Shown here piece by piece: positions 17,251 to 26,174 of a DNA stretch of 64,000 nt. The position numbers and the translations under genes are program-made. The notes under the pieces are model-generated. The model made no database searches and was not told where the DNA came from. It saw only the letters and a list, made by a program, of their open reading frames with translations. The DNA is from a virus. The stretch lies in IMG/VR virus record IMGVR_UViG_3300029258_005088; one strand, given 5' to 3'. Numbering within the stretch: the first letter of the stretch is position 1; each line of letters starts with the position of its first letter.

Positions 17251-19424
17251 CAATTCCTCCAGAAGGTGCCGGCAAGGGACCATCCTACGATATAAACGTC
17301 GTTGTTATAGGTATCGTCGGCATTTCCGGACGTAGCGTCCCTGATAATGGACCATATGAAAGAATCTCCTGGAATGACGTTCGGAAGGTCGAATTCGTGA
17401 GAAGACTCGTATACCTTGTCCGACGTGCCTGCCACCGACACTATGTCGCTCTTAGGTCCGAGCTCTGTAACGGATCCGTTGAGTATGGTTTCCGCGCTTA
17501 CCTCCGCCATGTACATCTCTATCTCTACGTCTCCCGATGCCGTTGAGATGGGTGCGAACAATAACTGGAACGTTATTGGAAGCGCCGTGTTAAGTCCTTC
17601 CGGTATCCTGAACGTGCCTCCGCTACCGTCCTTTCTTGGATAGTCTCGCGCATTGTTCCTGACATCAAGATGGGTGTTGGTGTTCGCATTCACAGAGTAG
17701 TCTTTTGAAAGGAAACCCGTAATGTCCTCCAGGTTGGACAACGGAATACTGCGAACGGGCTGAGCATCTCCGTGATACTCGATATACCCTTTGCGCTCTA
17801 TCACGCAGGTATCGTCGAAATGCTCTATACGGCCTACGACAGGAGACGTCGTTATGGCTGCCGTTATCCTGTATCGTGCCCAGTACGCATTCTGTCCGTT
17901 CAAGGTTTTCTTAGCCCATCCGGGAGTGTCTCCGAAGTATATGTTCTGATCTCCCGTAAGGGTCAAAGCCTGTTGTCCGTACTGTAGCTTGCCTTGAGTC
18001 GTCATGATATTGAACGCAGACCAGGCAGAGCCATCCCAGTACTCTGATATGACGCCTCCCGTACCTGGGTTTAGAATGGTCGTGACTTCCTGCAGCAACA
18101 AGGAGGTAAATATATGGTCCGTCACTCCTGTGTACACGCAGTTTCCCGCTCCCGTTCCTGCAAACAGAGTTATGCTGGTATCCGGATCGTTGTTGTCGGA
18201 AGTCAGGTCGTTCCAAGTACCGGCCTCGCCGTTTGTGTTCGTGAAAACGAACTGCTCGTATACGGATGAATGCCCGGATCCGACCGACACCCTCGACCCT
18301 ATATAATGGCTTCCGAACGACGTATCTCCTATGAATCTATGGCCTTCTTCCCCCTTCTCGAAAGCGACTATCCCTATGAAAAACCCCGTGGCTCCTCCTA
18401 GTTCTATCTTCTCGAAATTGGCGGATCCTTTGTAGTAACCGGTGACTCCTGAATCCAGTACGGATATATCGTTCGTACAGCTCCTGATACCACAGGCGTT
18501 GCCCTGGAAGCTGGTCGTGGATCCATCTATCTGAAGGGCTAGTGTATTGGCGGTTCCGCTGTACGCCGAGGCAATACACAGGTCACAGCTCTCGATGTCC
18601 AAGCCGGTAGTACAGTAGGCCACGGGAACGGACGACAGCGTTATGTTACCGCCACCTACTACGTGTATTCCTCTGGTTATCGTACTTACGGGAGTTCCGC
18701 TGATGGTAACTGCCTGCAAGGTGGCGTCGACCCCGGTATCCATCTTTATTCCGGTGGACATCGTCGTTCCCGGCGAACGGCTTATGATGACGTCCTGAAG
18801 AATGATGTTCGAACTGGATCCTGCAAGGTGAAGGCCGGTCTCGCAGTCGGCGACTATGCATGACCGTATCAAGGACTGGAAGCCCGAGGACTTTATGCCT
18901 ATTCCTCCGGAACCCGAGCACCCCCTTACCTGGAACCCGTACAACTCTGAATAGGATCCGCACGTCACCAGAGTGTCCGTCGAAGTATTCGGATTTACCT
19001 GTACGGACCCCAGACCTCCCACGGCTACGAGATTGCAGAAATCAGGGACTGTGAATGCGTCCTCGTCGTAAGTGCCTGGATACACGAGTACGGTGGCGGG
19101 GTTAGTGGAGGAAGGTGCGGGACTTAGAGCGGCTGCCTGAGCGCAACCGGTCTTTATGCTGGTAGTGTCTCCTCCGGATACCGCAACTATTATACACCGT
19201 CCCGGAGAGAAGCCTCCTGACCCGGAGGCTATCTTCGTCCAGTCCGTAGTAGTCGCCCCGGTCTTCTTCCACTGATCACCGTTGGATTGGAATACGTAGG
19301 ATCCTACCGGGGCGTCGAAGCCCGTCGAAGAGGGATCATAGGTAGTAGCCCATAGACCTAGGAGATTATCACCCAGGGCTATTCCAAAGCGATACGAACT
19401 TGCCTGGTCTATGGGAGACGCCAT
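17250..19424 (-). CDS. Fibre / spike protein with right-handed beta-helix
   Basis: 724 aa. VLVYPGTYDED followed by pectin-lyase-like parallel beta-helix repeats (IRSCIVADCETGLHL, VAYCTTGLDI). Confidence 0.7.
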   Translation of the reverse strand: MASPIDQASSYRFGIALGDNLLGLWATTYDPSSTGFDAPVGSYVFQSNGDQWKKTGATTTDWTKIASGSGGFSPGRCIIVAVSGGDTTSIKTGCAQAAALSPAPSSTNPATVLVYPGTYDEDAFTVPDFCNLVAVGGLGSVQVNPNTSTDTLVTCGSYSELYGFQVRGCSGSGGIGIKSSGFQSLIRSCIVADCETGLHLAGSSSNIILQDVIISRSPGTTMSTGIKMDTGVDATLQAVTISGTPVSTITRGIHVVGGGNITLSSVPVAYCTTGLDIESCDLCIASAYSGTANTLALQIDGSTTSFQGNACGIRSCTNDISVLDSGVTGYYKGSANFEKIELGGATGFFIGIVAFEKGEEGHRFIGDTSFGSHYIGSRVSVGSGHSSVYEQFVFTNTNGEAGTWNDLTSDNNDPDTSITLFAGTGAGNCVYTGVTDHIFTSLLLQEVTTILNPGTGGVISEYWDGSAWSAFNIMTTQGKLQYGQQALTLTGDQNIYFGDTPGWAKKTLNGQNAYWARYRITAAITTSPVVGRIEHFDDTCVIERKGYIEYHGDAQPVRSIPLSNLEDITGFLSKDYSVNANTNTHLDVRNNARDYPRKDGSGGTFRIPEGLNTALPITFQLLFAPISTASGDVEIEMYMAEVSAETILNGSVTELGPKSDIVSVAGTSDKVYESSHEFDLPNVIPGDSFIWSIIRDATSGNADDTYNNDVYIVGWSLAGTFWRN

Positions 19425-19433
19425 CGTTTACCT

Positions 19434-20945
19434 CTATAGGGCGATCCAGCGTACCGATTTGACGTCAGCGCCACCTGCAGTATCGGAGTTCACCAGTAGA
19501 CGCATGTTTCCTGCGTTGATGTCGACGCTGATGTCGAGATCCAGAGGAGGGGTCGATCTCAGGAACGGCGACTCGTCGACGTCTATGACGGCCGTGCCGT
19601 CATGCATTGCCCGCACGGTAGCGGAGTAACGCTGGGTACTGTCCGTGACCCCTTCTCCGTAGACTACCCAGTGGACGACGTCTGCCTGTGTCAGCGGAAC
19701 GCTATCAAGGACTACGTCCGTCGCACCGACTCCGGTATCCGTCTTCTTGACGCCGCCTATCTCCACCGCAGTCTCCAGATCCTGTAGAGCCTGCTTGATC
19801 GTGCGGTTGTCCTGAATGATCTCACCGGTGAACGTACCGAGATCCTGAGCACCGAGGGACACTCCCGTGAGGGTGACCAGGTCGAGTACGTCTTTGTGGA
19901 GCTTGGAGATGGCTGTTTCGACGGTGTCCGAAGCAGCTGGATAAGCCGCCGCAACCGCCGCGGCATAGCCGCTGCTGAGATTGATGCCGGTGGCCAGCTG
20001 CCAGTCGACGTCGGCGATCTTGATCAGATCGGTACCGTCGTACCAGACGATGGCGGAGTTTTCCCCACCGCTGGGATCAGGTAGGTAGTACGTGGTGATG
20101 AAGGTATCGCCAGTGGCCAGAGGATCTACACCGGCCTGGCGTACCTTGAGCGTTCCGCCATCGTCGTAGACCTCGAAGATCTTGTCCGCACCGCTGGTGT
20201 TCTTGGACAGGAGATAGTCCCCATCCGAGAAGGCACCGATAGGGAGCTTGCCGTCGTCGTCATCCGAGAACGGAAGCAGCGTGGTCAGAGCCGTTCCGTC
20301 CGCCGCCGCGTTCAAGTCGGTATCCTCGGTAGTACCGATCGTCAGCGGGCGCCAGTTCTGGGACATCGCGATGGCATCGGCATTTGTCTTGACCTGCGCA
20401 TCGAGGGCGGAGAGATTGGCGTAAATCGAATTGGCCAGAGCGATGTAGTTCGTCGAAGTCATCTCCGAATCCGCTCCTATGGCGTCGTCGATTGCCGCCA
20501 GCATCGTCATAATGCTGTCCGTGGCCGGCGTGAGCTGGCCCTTCGTACGGGTTTCCGCCGTGAACGTGGCTCCGAGCTTCTGATCGATCTTGCCGATAGC
20601 GAGCTCGAGGTTGTCGTTATTCCCGATCCAGTTGACGGTGCCGCCTGTGGCGGCGTTGTAGTCCGGGGTCTCCGGCCCTGCTCCGCTCTTTCCTATGAAG
20701 GCTCTTATATAGCCTTCCTCGAGAGCGCTGCCACCTCCCGTGGAGAAATCCGTCCATGCCGTGGCCCCGTTAGTATTGATGTACAACGCGCCATTGGTCG
20801 TATCCGATACCAAGGAACCCCTGGCGGCCGTGACAACTCCGTTGGGATTCCCGTCATACAGGAAAATGTCGATTGTCGTGTCGGTTCCGTTCTTGTCCCA
20901 GATTTGGAACCCTTTCACTACTCTTGTCAGATCAGCTACGGCCAT
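19434..20945 (-). CDS. Virion fibre / decoration protein
   Basis: 503 aa, acidic and T/G/D-rich, with coiled segments (LSALDAQVKTNAD) and a C-terminal beta-sandwich-like region. Confidence 0.6.
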   Translation of the reverse strand: MAVADLTRVVKGFQIWDKNGTDTTIDIFLYDGNPNGVVTAARGSLVSDTTNGALYINTNGATAWTDFSTGGGSALEEGYIRAFIGKSGAGPETPDYNAATGGTVNWIGNNDNLELAIGKIDQKLGATFTAETRTKGQLTPATDSIMTMLAAIDDAIGADSEMTSTNYIALANSIYANLSALDAQVKTNADAIAMSQNWRPLTIGTTEDTDLNAAADGTALTTLLPFSDDDDGKLPIGAFSDGDYLLSKNTSGADKIFEVYDDGGTLKVRQAGVDPLATGDTFITTYYLPDPSGGENSAIVWYDGTDLIKIADVDWQLATGINLSSGYAAAVAAAYPAASDTVETAISKLHKDVLDLVTLTGVSLGAQDLGTFTGEIIQDNRTIKQALQDLETAVEIGGVKKTDTGVGATDVVLDSVPLTQADVVHWVVYGEGVTDSTQRYSATVRAMHDGTAVIDVDESPFLRSTPPLDLDISVDINAGNMRLLVNSDTAGGADVKSVRWIAL

Positions 20946-20955
20946 GTCAAACCTC

Positions 20956-21516
20956 CTACAAGTCTATGGCTTTACCTATTACAGTTACCGGAAACGGCTG
21001 GTTATTCGTGAACTGGAGAAGTAGGTCCGTACCTACTATGCTCGTGTCCGACGATACACGCATTCTGTCACCGACCTCCGCTGGCACACAGTGAGTGAAC
21101 GAGCCGGGCGAGCCCGATGTGTGCGTAGCCTGTATTTGCATGACCATTGCGTTATCTGTTAGGGCCTCGGATACGTGAAACATATACCAGGCTCCCAGTT
21201 TTGTTAAATCCAAAATGTCGACTATCTCGGTGTCACCGGAGGCGATGACCACCGGACCCACTATCCGTAGGCCCGGTGACGTACCGCCTGCTTCTATAAG
21301 ATACCAATCGGTACCGTTCCATACAACAAAATCTCCGGCATAGAGCGTACGGCCAGTGACAGGGTCAGTGACCGTTGCCTGAATGGCATAAAACCAGCCG
21401 TTCTGGGCCTCGCCGGGAGCGGGGAAGTCTCCGGGTGTGGAGACATCCCCCTTGTTGATCATGACGTTGAAAAGACCCAGGAGAGCTTCAGATAACTGAG
21501 GTCCTCCATGAGGCAT
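20956..21516 (-). CDS. Virion structural protein (fibre-associated)
   Basis: 186 aa with the GDFVVWNGTDWYLI motif common in fibre proteins. Confidence 0.55.
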   Translation of the reverse strand: MPHGGPQLSEALLGLFNVMINKGDVSTPGDFPAPGEAQNGWFYAIQATVTDPVTGRTLYAGDFVVWNGTDWYLIEAGGTSPGLRIVGPVVIASGDTEIVDILDLTKLGAWYMFHVSEALTDNAMVMQIQATHTSGSPGSFTHCVPAEVGDRMRVSSDTSIVGTDLLLQFTNNQPFPVTVIGKAIDL

Positions 21517-21519
21517 ATG

Positions 21520-21834
21520 TCATCGTCCTTCGTGCCAGTACGGTGTATTGTAAGTGGCTTCTTCGGTAACGGCCCTGATGTTACCCCAGTACATGTTCTC
21601 GTACTCGATCTCATGCCAGCCGCCCGGATAGACGACGATTCCCGTTCCAAGTACCGCCGGCTCCGTTGGATGGAGTCTGAGGAACAGGGGATCCGTGGCA
21701 TCCTGGGGCCACATGATGATCAAGTACCTACGGTTCTTGTACTCGGGAACCAGTATGATGGACCCATCAGTGGTGACCACCTGGCCCGGCGCATTCGTCG
21801 GACCTCCGTTATGTAATGAGGGATGAATAGGCAT
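21520..21834 (-). CDS. Small beta-rich virion protein
   Basis: 104 aa in the coupled structural block. Confidence 0.5.
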   Translation of the reverse strand: MPIHPSLHNGGPTNAPGQVVTTDGSIILVPEYKNRRYLIIMWPQDATDPLFLRLHPTEPAVLGTGIVVYPGGWHEIEYENMYWGNIRAVTEEATYNTPYWHEGR

Positions 21835-21852
21835 GGGCCTTACTCCTCGGGG

Positions 21853-22632
21853 TTACTTCTTTGCGGTTTTCCTCGGAGCCTTCCGTGAAGTGGTCTTCCG
21901 CTTGGCCGGAGCCTTCTTCGGAGCCTCTTCCTTCTTCTCCTCGGGCGGTTCGTCTGCAGAGGGGTCTGCCGGTGCTTCGGGCTCTGCCGGATCGGTTCCG
22001 TTCTCGTTGGCAGGAGCTTCGTCGGAAGCCTCGGGCTCTGCCGGTGCTTCGGGCTCTGCCGCGGCTTTCTGGGCCGCTTCGTCTTCGGCTTTCTTTCCTT
22101 CGCCCAGATCAGTCCCCTCCGGGAAGATCTCCAGGGTCTTCGGCTCTCCGTTCTCGTCGGTGGCTCCGGCCTTTTCCATGGCCTCGGCATCCGCCAAGGT
22201 CTCTTCATGTCCGGGAAGGGTCTTCATCGCGGGCTTGCTGCCTTCGATGGTTCCCTGCTGCCAACGCTCGTCCGGCTTTCCTGCAGCCCCTTCGACTGGC
22301 TTCTGATCGGTCAACTCGACCTTACCCTCGTCCATTCCCTCGGGAACGGGAGCGGGAGCGGGCTGGGTCTTTACGGGCTCCGAGGACTTCTCTGCCTTGG
22401 TCGGCTTTCTGCATGGTATGTTGGTTACCAGCTCGAGTTCGACCCTGTCGTTGAGGAAGTCGTACTCGCAACTGGATACGAAACGACGGTTCTGAACGGC
22501 GGTCGGGTACGCACCTTCCACGATGACTTCTTCGTCAGCCTGCAGGTACTGGCCTCTCGGCGCGATCCAGCGGAACAACATTCCTTGACCGCTGGTGTTC
22601 TTGATACGGGTTTTGAGCATTACTTGTTCCAT
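21853..22632 (-). CDS. Protein with acidic Pro/Ala/Glu repeats and a basic histone-like tail
   Basis: Start at 22632 (AAGGAG upstream) or 22620. EPEAPA repeats (exact 25-nt repeat at 21965-21989 and 22037-22061); ends KKAPAKRKTTSRKAPRKTAKK. Confidence 0.6.
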   Translation of the reverse strand: MEQVMLKTRIKNTSGQGMLFRWIAPRGQYLQADEEVIVEGAYPTAVQNRRFVSSCEYDFLNDRVELELVTNIPCRKPTKAEKSSEPVKTQPAPAPVPEGMDEGKVELTDQKPVEGAAGKPDERWQQGTIEGSKPAMKTLPGHEETLADAEAMEKAGATDENGEPKTLEIFPEGTDLGEGKKAEDEAAQKAAAEPEAPAEPEASDEAPANENGTDPAEPEAPADPSADEPPEEKKEEAPKKAPAKRKTTSRKAPRKTAKK

Positions 22633-22673
22633 GATGGACGGGCTCTCCTTGCTTCCAAGCTTTTGTTTCAATG

Positions 22674-22707
22674 AAAAAAGGGGACCGGGGCGGGTGCCCT
22701 GGCCCCC
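22674..22707 (-). terminator. Rho-independent terminator downstream of the capsid gene
   Basis: GGGGGCCAGGGC-ACCC-GCCCCGGTCCCC followed by TTTTTT. Confidence 0.8.
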
Positions 22708-22735
22708 TTGTGTACAGGGTATGTGACCCTACTCC

Positions 22736-23716
22736 TTACGGAGCGATGTCACTCCACTCAGTCACGGGGTTGATGAACTCCGCACGAGCTACGCCGCCCG
22801 AGTTTTTCAGCGTGGCGCCGATCATCTCGTAGCAGAACATCTCGAACAGGAAGTTCTCGTGTTTGGTGGAGCAGGTAACGTCTTCGAACGTGTAGAAGTC
22901 ACCCAACTGATCCGGAGCGGTGAAGTAGTAAATCACGTTTTCGGGAACCAGGTCCGTCTTGATCGTGATGAACCACCGCAGACCCATGATCTGGCGTTCG
23001 GCGAATCCGTTCTTGAACATTTCCTCGGCGAGATCACCACCAATTTCGATCCGGTCCAGAGCGACGATGTCCCAGATCGTGATGTTGTTGATCAAGCCAA
23101 CCGCGGCGTTCAGGTGCCGGTTGGTCGAAGGCAGGGCCTTCATACCGTGACTCAGGCTGTCGCGGGACATCGGTCCTACGGTACAGTTGCCCTGAGCGGC
23201 GACTTCGGCGACACGGGGGTTCGCAGCGGCCGAAGCCGTGTTCTGCGGACCTACCACGGTGTTGACGACGGCCATGTACTTCCGGTCTTCTTCGGCCAGG
23301 ATGTCTTTCAACATCAGGTCGTTGAAGATCTGACGGATGTCCATGTCATAGGTCAACAGGTTGGCAACATCGGCGATGAAGCGGTGGGACATGATGCGGT
23401 CAAACATCACGCGGTACCGCGGAGCGTCGATGTAGTGGTTCATCGGAACGTTCCCGAAGGGGACGCTGTAGGCCGGAGGCGTGTCCGGCTCAACGTCCTT
23501 GACGATCACGGGCTTGACCGTGTCGACCTGACGGTCGAGGTCTGCCGGGGTGACCGGGATCGGGGGTTGGATGCGACGGGTGAAACCATCTTCACGCGCC
23601 CTTAGACGCAGATAGTCGTTTACGCCGCTGGCGGCCTTTTGCATGACGTACGGATCGTGGGATTTGAGTCCGTTGATCACGTTCTCATTGCGGGAGCGAA
23701 CTTCGTGGTTCAACAT
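22736..23716 (-). CDS. Major capsid protein (HK97 / encapsulin-like fold)
   Basis: 326 aa with strong RBS (AAGGAG) and a downstream terminator; follows protease, scaffold and decoration genes. Pattern FTRRIQPP...RYRVMFDRIMSHRF...DMDIRQIFNDLMLKDILAEEDRKYM. Confidence 0.85.
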   Translation of the reverse strand: MLNHEVRSRNENVINGLKSHDPYVMQKAASGVNDYLRLRAREDGFTRRIQPPIPVTPADLDRQVDTVKPVIVKDVEPDTPPAYSVPFGNVPMNHYIDAPRYRVMFDRIMSHRFIADVANLLTYDMDIRQIFNDLMLKDILAEEDRKYMAVVNTVVGPQNTASAAANPRVAEVAAQGNCTVGPMSRDSLSHGMKALPSTNRHLNAAVGLINNITIWDIVALDRIEIGGDLAEEMFKNGFAERQIMGLRWFITIKTDLVPENVIYYFTAPDQLGDFYTFEDVTCSTKHENFLFEMFCYEMIGATLKNSGGVARAEFINPVTEWSDIAP

Positions 23717-23763
23717 TTTTATTTTCTCCTTGTGAAGTTCAGTTCTGGGTTACTCCGGCTACC

Positions 23764-24408
23764 TTACGGCGTTGCGGCACGAGCTGGCAGATAGACAGGC
23801 CAGAAGCGGATCACACGTTGGTCGTAGACCTCGGTGCTGATGCCCTGGGAGTCATCCACGTCCACCTTGGAAACGATACCGACGACCTGCTCTTCGAGAG
23901 CAAGTTCGCCACCGGCCTGGATGGTGCCGACGTCTACCCAACCAGCGGGGTAGGATCCTGCGGCTTCGCCACCAGTTACGGTGTAGGCGACCAGGGGATC
24001 GTTTTCGTTGTAGGTGGATGCCTGGTTGAACTCGGTGGTGACGAGTTCGAAACCGCCGGTGGCGACGTAGCAGCCGACGTGACGACGTTTCACGGTCGTG
24101 TTGTCGGGAGCCAGAGTCTGGCCAGCGATGTTGCCGGCGTCACGACGGTACAGAGGTCCGTCGCCTGCCTGCCAGTCTTCGCCGCCAGCGACGTCGAAGT
24201 CGTAGGAAGCGTTGATGGCCCACATCGGCATGGCGTGCAAGGATGCCATACCTGCTTGGAGCAGGCCGTCAGTCCCGAGGGACATCAGGGAACCGCGATG
24301 GTTGTTCTCACTCGAGTTGAGATACTCGGTGAACTGCAGGTCGTGCATGCCGTCGTAACCGCTGACAGGGTCCAACAGATGGTCATAGTTTTGTCCGGGT
24401 GTCAACAT
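23764..24408 (-). CDS. Capsid decoration / cement protein
   Basis: 214 aa, beta-rich, immediately upstream of the capsid gene. Confidence 0.6.
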   Translation of the reverse strand: MLTPGQNYDHLLDPVSGYDGMHDLQFTEYLNSSENNHRGSLMSLGTDGLLQAGMASLHAMPMWAINASYDFDVAGGEDWQAGDGPLYRRDAGNIAGQTLAPDNTTVKRRHVGCYVATGGFELVTTEFNQASTYNENDPLVAYTVTGGEAAGSYPAGWVDVGTIQAGGELALEEQVVGIVSKVDVDDSQGISTEVYDQRVIRFWPVYLPARAATP

Positions 24409-24449
24409 TGTTAGTTGTCTCCGTGTTGATGGTTATTGACTTCCTCTCT

Positions 24450-24890
24450 CTACGCCTGAGCGTTGAGATTGTCGAACGTCGCCTCGAACGATTTGTCCGA
24501 TGCCCGCTTCTCCGCAGTGGCGGTTGGCGCAGCACTTGTGGGCCTGTCGACTGGTTTTCCTAGACTTGGAACCGATTGAGGCGGAGCGATCCGCTGCGCT
24601 GCCAACTTATCGACGAAGTCCAGCAGAGCTGTGGCGGGATTCTCTTTCACCGAAGTGATAGCCTGTTCACGGCTCGATTCCTTGAGGAAGCCGGCCTGGA
24701 CGAGATGATCCACCACTTCCGTGATCCGATTATCTTCCACGACCCCTTCCGAAGCCTGTTTCTGGCTGCTTGCGGCAGCCTCTTTCAACTGAGCGTTCTC
24801 AGTGCGAAGTTCCGTAATGAGCTCATCGGTTTCCTTGATGTAGGAAGCCATTTTCTGAGACAGTTCCGGAGGTACTTGTTGATTCGACAT
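24450..24890 (-). CDS. Small scaffold / prohead protein
   Basis: 146 aa with a coiled coil (LITELRTENAQLKEAAA) and KxA motifs (QKMAS, QKQAS, EKRAS). Confidence 0.6.
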   Translation of the reverse strand: MSNQQVPPELSQKMASYIKETDELITELRTENAQLKEAAASSQKQASEGVVEDNRITEVVDHLVQAGFLKESSREQAITSVKENPATALLDFVDKLAAQRIAPPQSVPSLGKPVDRPTSAAPTATAEKRASDKSFEATFDNLNAQA

Positions 24891-24912
24891 TGTATGTCTC
24901 CTTCTTGGTCCG

Positions 24913-26154
24913 TTACCGGCTCAGGATCTCGCGAACCTTGCTGGTCCAGTCATCCGAAGCTTCCTTCTCGGCAGCTTCTTCAGCACCCTCTTCGGCCGCT
25001 TCTTCGACTTCGGGAGCTTCCGCTTCCATAGCCTCTTCAGCACCCATTTCAGCGCCCATCTCGCCACCTTCGCCGGTGATTTCGGTCAGGGCCTGTGCGA
25101 GCTCTTCCGGGGGTACGCCGGCTTCCTGCAACGCCTGGACGTCTTCCATGGCCTGCTGCAGTTCTTCCGGGGTGACGCCCGCTTCGTCAAGAGCGGCGGC
25201 CACTGCATCCAGAGGATCGCCCTCGGGCATTTCGCCCATGGCTTCTTCCGGTGCCGGACCTCCGTCCATCGGGACTTCGGGCATTCCTTCTTCCATCGGC
25301 ATTCCGCCTTCGGCCATTACTTCGTCGGGGACGACGGCCTCGGGGAATTCCATGGCGACTTTGTCCAGAAGACCTTCGACGCCACCGACCTTCTCCAAGA
25401 TATTGGGGTCGATATCGGCGTGACTGACTTCGAACTCGTCCTGAGCTCTCTTGATGAGGCCTGCACGATAGCCTTCGAAATATTCTTGAGCTGCGTATGC
25501 GGCAGTCTTGTCGATCTGCATCATGACCTGCTCTTCTACGGAAGCAGTCTTCTCGCCGCCTTCGGGAGAACCGTCGAGATCATTTGGAATACCTGCGGGA
25601 GGATTCACCATCTTGTCCTGACTGTTCTCGCCACCGGGCTGGGGCTTGACTGCGGAACCACCGGCTTCCCCTGCGGGAGCGGCGCCGTTACCGTTGTCGG
25701 AAGCTTCTTTCGAGACACCTGCCAAAATGGAAAGAATGGCGTTGGCCTTCTTGTCGATGCTTGCGACCTTCTGTTCCTGAGTGATCTCCTGGGAGACCTC
25801 TTTGGGGAACTGGGTAGTGGGCTCGTCGACCATCAGGGTTTCGGTCCCTTGGTCGTCGGTGGGTTTCTTTTCGTCCGCTTCCGAGTTCGGCTTGGCCGTT
25901 ACTGCGGGTTGCGGCAGACCTTCAGCCGCCAGCGTGGACTGCTCCTTGCCCAGATTGGTCTGAGCCGTGGAAGCTGCTTGGGGTTTGGCCTGCTCTTCGG
26001 GATTGGCAGCCTTGGTGTCCTTGAAGGACGTCGAGCTGTCGTCAGCGGCTGTCTTCATCGAGGCTTCCTTCTCCGCTTGGCTACGGATGGGGTCTAGGAA
26101 GGTGCTGATGAGCTGCATGCTGTCCTTGATGCTTGCCTGCTTTTCGTGAGACAT
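24913..26154 (-). CDS. Prohead scaffold / core protein
   Basis: 413 aa, acidic low-complexity, with at least eight KxA motifs (EKQAS, EKEAS, MKTAA, QKVAS, SKEAS, EKTAS, DKTAA, EKEAS); directly after the protease gene. Confidence 0.7.
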   Translation of the reverse strand: MSHEKQASIKDSMQLISTFLDPIRSQAEKEASMKTAADDSSTSFKDTKAANPEEQAKPQAASTAQTNLGKEQSTLAAEGLPQPAVTAKPNSEADEKKPTDDQGTETLMVDEPTTQFPKEVSQEITQEQKVASIDKKANAILSILAGVSKEASDNGNGAAPAGEAGGSAVKPQPGGENSQDKMVNPPAGIPNDLDGSPEGGEKTASVEEQVMMQIDKTAAYAAQEYFEGYRAGLIKRAQDEFEVSHADIDPNILEKVGGVEGLLDKVAMEFPEAVVPDEVMAEGGMPMEEGMPEVPMDGGPAPEEAMGEMPEGDPLDAVAAALDEAGVTPEELQQAMEDVQALQEAGVPPEELAQALTEITGEGGEMGAEMGAEEAMEAEAPEVEEAAEEGAEEAAEKEASDDWTSKVREILSR

Positions 26155-26174
26155 AGCGTTCTCCTGGTTAATTC

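Noticed and set aside
21965-22061. Exact 25-nt direct repeat as an att or recombination site
   Set aside because: It lies in frame in a low-complexity EPEAPA region and is explained by slippage.
22736-23716. Cellular encapsulin operon
   Set aside because: The shell gene is flanked by scaffold, protease, decoration and tail genes.
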